Source: Planctomycetota bacterium (GTDB taxonomy: Bacteria; Planctomycetota; GCA-002687715; DRQF01). From it: 52,136 nt of DNA. The translations under genes were made by a program, and so were the position numbers. This document shows positions 1-7,516 of this stretch, piece after piece. The number at the start of each line of letters is the position of its first letter. Position 1 is the stretch's first letter. The stretch is taken from NCBI GenBank assembly GCA_036479435.1, contig JAZGFI010000006.1, forward strand, positions 1 through 52,136, written 5' to 3'. The notes below the pieces were generated by a model that searched no databases, had not been told where the DNA came from, and was given only the letters and a program-made list of their open reading frames with translations.

Positions 1-48
1 CCCCGAGGTTTTCGAAGGCATGGCTCGGATGCCGAACACCAGGATGAA

Positions 49-74
49 TGAGGCTCAGAATCCAATGAGCCTCA
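49..74. repeat. 9-bp perfect inverted repeat (TGAGGCTCA-N8-TGAGCCTCA) overlapping the stop codon of the 72..512 gene
   Basis: Arms at 49-57 and 66-74 are exact reverse complements; no clear U-tract, so the function is uncertain. Confidence 0.6.
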
Positions 75-512
75 AAGAGCGTGGCGATAAATCGCCGAAT
101 TGCCCTCGACTAAGTTGGCTGCTGACAATGTAGGCACAGGTGGCGTCAAATCTGAACGGGGTTCGTGGCTGGGAGCATCCTTCGCTGAGCCGGCGTCTTG
201 CGTTCGCTCATCGAGTTGTGATATTTGCTGCGAGACATCATTGGCTTTCTCGAAGGGCTCGGAAGGGGTCCATCCAAAATTGATTGCTGACATTGGCCGG
301 TTTCCCTCCAGAACCCACTTCTGATACTTGGCCCACCGTTCCCGAAGATTGTCCATATTCTCATTAGGATCTATCAACCACATCGCGGAGATGTGGCCTT
401 TCCCATTGAAGTCCGACGATCCGTGTGTATGGATATGGAACGCTCGCGAAAGCCACTTCTTCCTATCGGAAAGTGGGCCGAGTAGTGACTCAAGAAGACT
501 TTTGATCCCCAT
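72..512 (-). CDS. Hypothetical protein (146 aa)
   Basis: ATG preceded by a strong RBS (GAAAGGAG); no recognisable family. Confidence 0.6.
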   Translation of the reverse strand: MGIKSLLESLLGPLSDRKKWLSRAFHIHTHGSSDFNGKGHISAMWLIDPNENMDNLRERWAKYQKWVLEGNRPMSAINFGWTPSEPFEKANDVSQQISQLDERTQDAGSAKDAPSHEPRSDLTPPVPTLSAANLVEGNSAIYRHAL

Positions 513-899
513 CTACTTCTCCTTTCTCGCCTTCGCTGCCGAAATTTCTCTGTTCTTGAATCACAGGATCATCCGCTCAACTTCATCGAGCGCCAATTTG
601 CCATGTCATCCAGTAGTCATGCCATTCCCCTTTTGCAAGGGCGGGAGACACGCATTGACTCGGGAGTGAACCCAACCACAGAAGCTACATTTGACCGCGT
701 TCTTTTCTTCTTCGGTCAACACTTGCTGCTGGAAACATGATCGGCAAATGACACCGGCATCGTCGACTGCCCGCGGCTCTTTCCGAACAGCTTCTCGAAG
801 GATTACATCCGTGCCGTGCAGATTTCGGAAACCTAACATGGCGCGAGAGATCTTGATCTGCGCTGCCAACTTTGGCCATGCCTCCCGAAACTTGCTCAT
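513..899 (-). CDS. Zinc-ribbon-like (CxxC...CxxC) hypothetical protein; conventional stop at 606, possible extension through two in-frame UGAs to TAG at 513
   Basis: CRSC...CSFCGW motif. The frame continues past TGA 606-608 and TGA 561-563 to TAG 513-515, which abuts the next ATG. Start at ATG 899 is a guess. Confidence 0.5.
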
Positions 900-969
900 T
901 CCATGGGCATCCAGCAATTCTCGAGATTATGCTCCACAGTGTTCCTTTTACATGAGTGGAGTTCCCCAA

Positions 970-1446
970 GTGTTTCTCGATCGAAAGATGCAAGAAGAGC
1001 TTCTATTGCGGTTGCGCGAAGATTATCCAGAGCCGGTGGAATTCCACGAAATTGCAGGAAGTGACGACCGGAATTTCCAGCAGAACGCGTTCTACTTGAA
1101 GGAACACGAGCTAATTGAAGGCTGGGATACTCAAGAACTCGGCGGGACCACTCCAACGGTTGAGACTGCAAGAATTACAAAGCTGGGGCTTGATCACCTC
1201 GAAGACGATGGCGGCATCGATGCAATTCGACGCACTGTCATCGTTCGTTTGGAAGCAGACGAAATCCGCGCGCTCATGACAGCCAAAATCGAGGCGGCTG
1301 ATATCCCGGCAACTCAAAAGGTCGAATTCTTGGAGCGACTAAAGTCGCTCGTTGGCAAGGCCTTCGACGACACTATTTTGAAGTTCCTCAAAGACGCGAT
1401 GAACAATCCAGAAGGCCTCGTTCGCATCTTCAGTCAAATCACATAG
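970..1446 (+). CDS. Hypothetical winged-helix-like protein of a type I associate with prophages (YL.EH.LI...IT..GLD.L.DDGG)
   Basis: Likely GTG start at 970 with GGAG RBS 8 nt upstream; the 691-969 extension in the ORF track overlaps an opposite-strand gene. Family assignment is from memory. Confidence 0.7.
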   Translation: MFLDRKMQEELLLRLREDYPEPVEFHEIAGSDDRNFQQNAFYLKEHELIEGWDTQELGGTTPTVETARITKLGLDHLEDDGGIDAIRRTVIVRLEADEIRALMTAKIEAADIPATQKVEFLERLKSLVGKAFDDTILKFLKDAMNNPEGLVRIFSQIT

Positions 1447-1555
1447 ACCTGCGTAAACAATTTAGAATGAACCGTTTATATGCCATCTGTTCACTTTTCC
1501 GCGTTTTCGGCCTCGAGTCAAGGTGCTCGACTCAGCCATCAAGAATGTGCGATCA

Positions 1556-1575
1556 TGTACAGAATAGCGTACAAT
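1556..1575 (+). promoter_or_regulatory. TA operator (TGTACA / CGTACA, 12-bp period) overlapping a TACAAT -10 element
   Basis: TGTACA 1556-1561, CGTACA 1568-1573 and TACAAT 1570-1575 lie just upstream of the antitoxin RBS; same geometry as the yefM-yoeB operator. Confidence 0.7.
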
Positions 1576-1591
1576 TCGCCGAGGTAGGACT

Positions 1592-1885
1592 ATGACACGC
1601 AGCACCGATATCACCAGCTTCACCGAGCACCGTCAGCATCTGAGGGATCACTTCCAGCAGATCAAAGAGACGGGCAGACCGCTCTACATCACAACAAATG
1701 GGCGCACCGATGCCGTCCTTCTCAGCCCGGAAGCCTATGACGCTCTGGCTGAAAAAGCGGAGATGATGGAAACCCTTGCGGCGCTCGACCGTGGCATGGA
1801 AGACGTTCGAGCTGGGCGAGGACGAGACATGAAGGAAGCGTTACGCGACATCGCTGACGAGCTTGGCTTGAAGCTTGAAGGATGA
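1592..1885 (+). CDS. Type II antitoxin, Phd/YefM family
   Basis: ETGRPLYITTNGRTDAVLLSPEAY motif, 97 aa, GAGGT RBS, ATGA overlap with the toxin gene. Confidence 0.92.
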   Translation: MTRSTDITSFTEHRQHLRDHFQQIKETGRPLYITTNGRTDAVLLSPEAYDALAEKAEMMETLAALDRGMEDVRAGRGRDMKEALRDIADELGLKLEG

Positions 1886-2304
1886 CCTACAGAGTTATCG
1901 TGACCTCTGCCGTAGAACGGCTTATTCTTGGCCAGGCGGCTTACATAGCTATCGAGCAAAGTGATCCCGAGCGCGCGGAAAAGTGGGTTCAAAAGGTCTT
2001 CAACGAGACCGAGAAGTTGGACGAGATGCCCCGTCGGTTTCAAAAAGCAACGGAAGACGCCTCGCGCGATTACGAAGTCAGGCGCATGCGGGTTGGTCAG
2101 TACCTTTTGTTCTTCACCATCGTTGAAGAAACGAAAACCGTCTGGGTCATCCACGCCAAAAGCACCCGCCAGAAAACACGGCCACATGATTTGCCGACCG
2201 ATCTTGAAGCCTTCACCCGGCTCGGAGACCAGTGGAAAGATCAGGTCAACGTCGAAGATGATTTCGACGATCCCCTGCCGGACAACGAAAATCCTAAAAA
2301 GTGA
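1882..2304 (+). CDS. Type II toxin, RelE/ParE family, with an acidic C-terminal extension
   Basis: MTYRVIVT...L.EMPRR...VRRMRVGQYLLFFTIVEETKTVWVIHA; translationally coupled to the antitoxin. Confidence 0.88.
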   Translation: MTYRVIVTSAVERLILGQAAYIAIEQSDPERAEKWVQKVFNETEKLDEMPRRFQKATEDASRDYEVRRMRVGQYLLFFTIVEETKTVWVIHAKSTRQKTRPHDLPTDLEAFTRLGDQWKDQVNVEDDFDDPLPDNENPKK

Positions 2305-2320
2305 ACACTTTGAGTGGGAA

Positions 2321-2423
2321 GTGTTCACCGACCACGTAGTTCTGGGCGGTTATCTGGGGGCCCTTCTCCTAGCCCTCGACGGCAAATCGTGAGCGCCTGA
2401 TCATGAAGATCACGAAGCACTAA
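2321..2423 (+). pseudogene. Possible decayed PIN-domain (VapC) toxin remnant
   Basis: Frame-broken fragments HVV-WAV and VSA*S*-ITK resemble the DTHVVLW and VSAASAWEIAIK motifs. Confidence 0.3.
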
Positions 2424-2425
2424 TG

Positions 2426-4129
2426 CTAATTGCCGAACAGTAACTGTAGACCATTTGAAATCGCATCGGGAGAGGTTGTTTGGGCCACCTGGTAGTAGAG
2501 TGAAATTCCCGCAATTGGAGGCCGAGAGAGAATCTCTGGGTGTCGGAATTCGCCAATTCCGTCGGCCATAGCCGTTGCCGTCAAAAACAAATCCTGAGGC
2601 AAAGGTGAAATCCACAGGGGATGCCCCGCGCCAAAAGTAGCACCATTCCCGGGCGCTGCACTGACGCCGACAAAAAGAGCTGCGTTGGGCAAGGCCCCCG
2701 TCAACTCGATGTAGCCCGTGCGGGGTTCTGTCGGAGATGGGACCCAAGCCAGCGACAGGCTGCTGCCTGCCGTTGGGTTGCCATAACTTTCTCCGCCGTG
2801 AGATTGCTTGAGAGTGATCAGAGTCGTTCCGGTGAAAACCGGGCCCGTTGGCGTAAAATTGATAGAGGTGGTCATCGGCTCGATTGTGACAATCTCCGCG
2901 ATGCCATCGCCGTTGGTGTCGCCAATCGCGCACTGAGCGTTGGTGCTGACACCGGGCCCCGCTGCGATGGATTCATGTCCAAATTCCAGAGTCTGCACCA
3001 AGCTGCCATCTCGCGACGAATAAATATATCCTCCTTCGCTTAGGACCGAGCCGTTGAGCAGAACGTCATCGCTGCCATCGCCATTGACGTCCCCGGCACT
3101 CACCATGGAACCAAAGAAGCCACCCGAAGGGTAGACCACCCAAAGCAAGGCTCCGGTCACACTGGAATAAGCCGAAACGTTGTTATTGAAGCTAGGCACG
3201 AGGAATCCCGCCGAAGATAAAACTAAAAAGTCCTTCACCGAGTCGCCGTCAATATCTTCGACCGCTAAAAGATTCTTGCCGAAAAGTTGTAGGGCGCTCC
3301 CCAAGAAACTTCGAATCGGGGAGTGATCCACGCCCGAATAAATCCGAGCGCCGCCACCCTGGTTAGCAAAAACTGAAAACGAAGTGGAAGACAAGATGTA
3401 GTCGTCTATTCCATCGCCATCGACGTCACCCAAGGAGGCGGAGGACGACAGGTTGAGCGGCCCGTTGAGCCCTCCGGAGAGATGGCTTCCGTCGGCCCCA
3501 TTGATAAGTTCGACGTAAAATTCGTAAGGACCGATCAAGATTGGACCGGAACCAGCCAGGCCTGAAACGACGAAGTCGACGATGCCGTCTGCGTTAAGGT
3601 CACCAACTGAAGAGATCTCATTCCCCTCAAACGAGAGTCCAGGCCAAGTCAAGGTCAGGATGGCTGGTGTCGCAACGTTGTCGAATATCTCGACCACCGT
3701 CGTCCAATAGGGCCCATTGGAGTTTGGGATGTTGACAACGGTCATCTCAGCGAATTCCTCGTCCCCGTCGCTGTCGATATCACCGAGGGCAAAAGGAACC
3801 ACAAGAGGAATCGTGGGAGAACTCGTCTGCCAATTCGAATAGGTTCTCAAGGCCCCGCCAGTCGCGCCGGAGTAAATCACGGACAAAGTCTCGCGAAGGA
3901 AGGTGCCGGGAATAGCTCGATCGAAATCCACATGATAATCCGCGTAGCCATCGTCATCGATATCGCCGATAGCGTGAAGACAACCATCTCCAGGAAATGA
4001 CTCGGAATGCGTCGCAACGCCGGGCAAATTCTGAGCGAATGCCTGTGAGGCCATGACCACAAATACAGCGGCTGTCAGCCAAGCGCAAGGGACAGTTACC
4101 GGGGCTTCAGTTTGGGAGAGAAACGCCAT
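2426..4129 (-). CDS. Secreted FG-GAP/VCBS-like repeat (integrin-alpha-like beta-propeller) protein with a C-terminal beta-rich domain
   Basis: Seven GD(I/V/L/T)(D/N)xDGxxD/E-type repeats (one EDIDGDSVKD variant), signal peptide (AFA-Q), ATG 4129 with GGAGG RBS. Confidence 0.85.
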   Translation of the reverse strand: MAFLSQTEAPVTVPCAWLTAAVFVVMASQAFAQNLPGVATHSESFPGDGCLHAIGDIDDDGYADYHVDFDRAIPGTFLRETLSVIYSGATGGALRTYSNWQTSSPTIPLVVPFALGDIDSDGDEEFAEMTVVNIPNSNGPYWTTVVEIFDNVATPAILTLTWPGLSFEGNEISSVGDLNADGIVDFVVSGLAGSGPILIGPYEFYVELINGADGSHLSGGLNGPLNLSSSASLGDVDGDGIDDYILSSTSFSVFANQGGGARIYSGVDHSPIRSFLGSALQLFGKNLLAVEDIDGDSVKDFLVLSSAGFLVPSFNNNVSAYSSVTGALLWVVYPSGGFFGSMVSAGDVNGDGSDDVLLNGSVLSEGGYIYSSRDGSLVQTLEFGHESIAAGPGVSTNAQCAIGDTNGDGIAEIVTIEPMTTSINFTPTGPVFTGTTLITLKQSHGGESYGNPTAGSSLSLAWVPSPTEPRTGYIELTGALPNAALFVGVSAAPGNGATFGAGHPLWISPLPQDLFLTATAMADGIGEFRHPEILSRPPIAGISLYYQVAQTTSPDAISNGLQLLFGN

Positions 4130-4464
4130 CTTACGACCTCCGAGAAAACGACGAGTACGCATTGAGGCTAATGTGCTGGACGATTTTCCAGGTGCAAAAA
4201 ATATTTCTCGCCTTCGTGTGGATGAGCATCTGCGCACGGCAAACACAGAAGGCGGGTGCGATGGATGTCAAGATAGTTGTCCCATTTTCAAATTAGTTAC
4301 GCCACATCTGGTCTCGGGTTCAGTCTGACCACATCGACGCGATTCCACGCCCTTGTTCCGAAATTCAAGAGGGCACTGGAGATGTTGAGAGAGTTGGAAT
4401 TGATTCGATCTACCTTGGTATCTCGACAAGTGCCGCCTACCCCGGAAGCGGGAACGATTTAAAG

Positions 4465-4767
4465 TTGGCGACAGGCATCAACGCGCCTCCAACAACAGGG
4501 GTGGGCCAAGAGATCAAGTCAGCTCTACCCTCGGACTTTTTGATCCTCCGGCTCCTTTCACTCAGCGGTAGCTGGCACGGAGACCCCTGTGTCGTTCTCG
4601 GACAGATCATCCCAACCGGAGTCGGTCCGACATTGTCGCTCAGTATTCCCGTTGGACTCTCAGGAAACAGCCTAATTCTGCAAGCAGTTGCGATTGATTT
4701 CGCGCCACCTGCAAGTGGATTAGGGATTTTTGAAACAACTGAGGCACACAAAATTCAGCTGCTGTGA
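4465..4767 (+). pseudogene. C-terminal fragment of a secreted protein (LSLSIP...LILQAVAID...T.A..I)
   Basis: Resembles only the C-terminal domain of the neighbouring FG-GAP protein; TTG start without RBS or signal peptide. Confidence 0.45.
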
Positions 4768-4788
4768 TCATTGATCAATGCAGCTGAA
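4754..4788. repeat. 35-bp imperfect palindrome TTCAGCTGC-TG-TGATCA-T-TGATCA-AT-GCAGCTGAA
   Basis: 15 of 17 symmetric positions are complementary; centred at 4771. Confidence 0.65.
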
Positions 4789-4973
4789 ATTCATTAAGCA
4801 AGAAACGAGGCGGCGCAGCCAGGGAAAGATTTCAGGCCTAGAGAGGAAGGAAATTTTTACTTGTATGGGACACAACCTGTTTGCGCAGCCTCTGATTGCC
4901 AGTTGCTGCGGTGAATTGGATCATCAGATTTTGGAGTCTGCACTGCGTCGCAAGTCTATTCAGATCACGGCTC

Positions 4974-5008
4974 GGAGTTCACAGATGTTTCTCGACCGAA
5001 AGATGTAA
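4974..5008 (+). repeat. Degenerate second copy of the 5' end (RBS + MFLDRKM) of the 970..1446 gene
   Basis: TGTTTCTCGAyCGAAAGATG matches 19/20 between 971-990 and 4986-5005; both copies are preceded by GGAGTTC; CAA is replaced by TAA in this copy. Confidence 0.75.
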
Positions 5009-5086
5009 AAAAACTGTCGGCGCTAACTCGCCGATGATTTTATTGTTGCTGGCGGTCGATAGGCCGCGAACTTACTCAACAACCCG

Positions 5087-5887
5087 CTAGCGGCTGCCAG
5101 GTCGCGTTGAGGTCTTGGGGCGGCTTTCGATGGCAGGCCGCGCCGGATCGCTGGCAATGGCAGCCTGCCGAGTTGCCTCTGTGGATTCGGCGAGGCGGCG
5201 CTGGGTGGCGCGGCGATTGTTGCGGATCAACCACCAGACCACGAGTCCCAGCATGGTGATGCCGCCGAAGAGGAAGACCGGGTTGCCCTGGATCATCTTC
5301 ATCTTCTCACCAAAAAGATGCGCAAGACTTGCCATGGCGAAGGCGCCGATGATGGCACCCAAAGCGATCCCGAGCATCGTTATGCGTTTGGAAAGACCCA
5401 AAAGGCGACCGAACAAAGACCCGCCGATCGCGCCGGTTCCAGAAAGTGGAAAGGTCACGAAAGCGATGATGCCGAAAAAGGTCACCTTTCTCATCCAGGG
5501 ATTGCGCCCGAGAATGCCCTTTCCGTTCTCTTGCATCGTCTCTATCTTTTTGCCGAAGCGCGGGATCTTGTAGAGCACGCCAATGTTGTAGACCGCAATG
5601 AAGCCGACGAGCAGATCCATGTAGACCACGAGGATCGCCAGCTTGAAGGGGCTGTCCAAAAAGCCCTCTTGGTGCAGGCCGCGCAGCACGATGAATTTAC
5701 CCGCGACGGTCGCCGTGGCCAGGGCGGTGGTGAAGAGCTCGAGCGTGGCGTCGCCACCGAAGAAGAAAAAGACCAACGACAACAACAGCACAGAGATGAC
5801 CACCGGCAGGCTCAGGCCGGAGTAGGACATCTCTTTGCTTTCATTGCGAAGCTGTTCGTCCGGGCGCGGCTCGTTCAAGGCCGACAT
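5087..5887 (-). CDS. Small multidrug export-like membrane protein (COG2426 family)
   Basis: Multiple TM helices and the FVTFPLSGTGAIGGSLFGRLLGL signature; AGAGG RBS. Confidence 0.8.
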   Translation of the reverse strand: MSALNEPRPDEQLRNESKEMSYSGLSLPVVISVLLLSLVFFFFGGDATLELFTTALATATVAGKFIVLRGLHQEGFLDSPFKLAILVVYMDLLVGFIAVYNIGVLYKIPRFGKKIETMQENGKGILGRNPWMRKVTFFGIIAFVTFPLSGTGAIGGSLFGRLLGLSKRITMLGIALGAIIGAFAMASLAHLFGEKMKMIQGNPVFLFGGITMLGLVVWWLIRNNRRATQRRLAESTEATRQAAIASDPARPAIESRPKTSTRPGSR

Positions 5888-5978
5888 CCTCTTCGTTAGG
5901 TGACTCGGGGTGACTGGTCGTGGTTGTGCTCGGGGCGAAGCGGGCGGCGTGGTTCATGGGAGCCCGGGCGCAAGGGGG

Positions 5979-6006
5979 ATTTTAGCAGCTGCCTCCACTG
6001 CTGCAA
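5979..6006 (-). promoter_or_regulatory. Putative sigma-70 promoter (TTGCAG-N16-TAAAAT with extended -10 TG)
   Basis: Minus-strand TGCTAAAAT about 90 nt upstream of the 5887 start. Confidence 0.45.
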
Positions 6007-6162
6007 CGACCCCCGTTTGCCTTTCACCAACTTAAGGTCCTATTAGGGTTTCGCGCGACCGGATTTTCGCTTTCAAGCTGATTTCCGAGTCCCGGTCTAA
6101 TACCAGCATTCTGGCCGAATGCGGCGCCAGGGCTCGAATAGGGGGCTTGAGCGGCTAGCTGA

Positions 6163-7404
6163 TCAATCCAGGAGCAGCGCAAGATCGTCCTGAAGGTCGC
6201 GGTAAGTTCGGTAGCGGTGCTGAGGTTTGGGCTCCATCATCCGCTGGATCAACATCCCGGTAGCCCGGCGCAAGGTCGGGGCCAAGGCGCGCGGATCCGG
6301 AGTTTTGCTCCGATCGAGATGTTGCACCGCAGCTTTATTCGTGCCAAATGGCAACACGCCGGTGGTCATCTGAAACAAACTGACGCCCAAGCTGTAAACG
6401 TCTCCCGCAAGGTCCGGTTTGGAATTCGCCAAGAATCGCTCGGGGGCCGCGTAGGCGGCAGTACCCTGCTGGCTACTGATTTCTGGCGAGACTCGACCCC
6501 GGCCCGCCATCGAATAGGAAAAGAACCGCGCGAGGCCAAAGTCACAGAGTTTGACCCGGTTGACTTCGTCGATGAGGAAGTTGCTCGGTTTGACGTCACC
6601 GTGGATGATTTTTTGCTGGGCCGCATAATCGAGCGCCAAAACGACTTGCCAGATCATCTCCAAAGCAACCGTTTCTTCGATTCGGCCCTCGCGGCGGATC
6701 ATGTGCCGGACTGAATCACCGTTGACATACTCCATGTCGATCCAGGTGAGGTCTTTCTCAGAGCCTCGCCCGTAGATCTGCACGATGTTGGGGTGTCTCA
6801 GCAACGTCAGAACGCGAGTTTCCTCCACAAAACGCACCAGATATGAAGGATGCTTGGCGAGGTGCGGCTTTAGGATCTTGAGTGCGACGGTGGCGTCGTC
6901 TTCTTCGCGACGCGCCTCAAACACGATGCCCATGCCGCCCGATCCGAGTCGACGGACCAAGCGGTAGCCCGGAAGATGGTAGGGGTCGAGCATGCGTTTT
7001 TTGGTGCGCTGCCCGGCGCGTGAACACTGCGGACACTTGGGCTCGTCGAAAGCCATCACATACCCGCACTGAAGGCAAGGCCGCACCTGTTCAGCTTCGT
7101 CTTCCTCCGGATCGGCTCCAAATCCCATGAGTGAAATCCTGACGTCGCCCACGTCGATGTAGTCACCGACTTTCATCAAACCCTGTTGCATGTAGATGCC
7201 ATTCACCCGAACCCCATGCCGGCTGGACATGTCTTCGGCGACGACCCGATCATCGGACACGCGGAACATGCAGTGCCGCCGCGACAAAGTCCCATGCCCC
7301 TTGAGCACGATGTCGCAGGAACGTGATCTGCCAACAACAAGTTCCTGGCCGGGGAACTCACGTTCGACTTCGGCACCATCTTCGTTGATCAAAAGGCGAA
7401 TCAT
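6163..7404 (-). CDS. FHA domain + double CxxC zinc ribbon + Hanks-type Ser/Thr protein kinase
   Basis: FHA (VGRS...SRRHC...S.HGVRVNG), CLQC/CPQC, LGSGGMG, VALK, HGDVKPSN, DFG and APE motifs; start moved to ATG 7404. Confidence 0.92.
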   Translation of the reverse strand: MIRLLINEDGAEVEREFPGQELVVGRSRSCDIVLKGHGTLSRRHCMFRVSDDRVVAEDMSSRHGVRVNGIYMQQGLMKVGDYIDVGDVRISLMGFGADPEEDEAEQVRPCLQCGYVMAFDEPKCPQCSRAGQRTKKRMLDPYHLPGYRLVRRLGSGGMGIVFEARREEDDATVALKILKPHLAKHPSYLVRFVEETRVLTLLRHPNIVQIYGRGSEKDLTWIDMEYVNGDSVRHMIRREGRIEETVALEMIWQVVLALDYAAQQKIIHGDVKPSNFLIDEVNRVKLCDFGLARFFSYSMAGRGRVSPEISSQQGTAAYAAPERFLANSKPDLAGDVYSLGVSLFQMTTGVLPFGTNKAAVQHLDRSKTPDPRALAPTLRRATGMLIQRMMEPKPQHRYRTYRDLQDDLALLLD

Positions 7405-7516
7405 GGGGTTAATATGGTGGCTGAAGTCAGTTCTGGCAAGAACACCGCATTTAGTTCGGCGGTAAAGGCGACGTTTAGGGGGGTGATCCCTTGGTACAAG
7501 CGGCAAAAACCGTCGA

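Noticed and set aside
691..969. N-terminal 93 codons of ORF 691..1446
   Set aside because: Overlaps an opposite-strand gene; a better GTG start with RBS exists at 970 and is echoed by the duplicate at 4985.
4778..5008. 76-aa ORF ending in MFLDRKM
   Set aside because: No RBS and no coding-like composition; only its last 7 codons are meaningful, as a duplicated gene start.
1..5050. Integron cassette array or intact prophage
   Set aside because: No attC-like RYYYAAC...GTTRRRY pairs after genes, and no integrase or structural phage genes seen.
7434..7449. TGGCAAG-AACA-CCGCA, a GG-N10-GC sigma-54-like site
   Set aside because: Points antisense into the end of the GT4 gene and has a poor -12 element.
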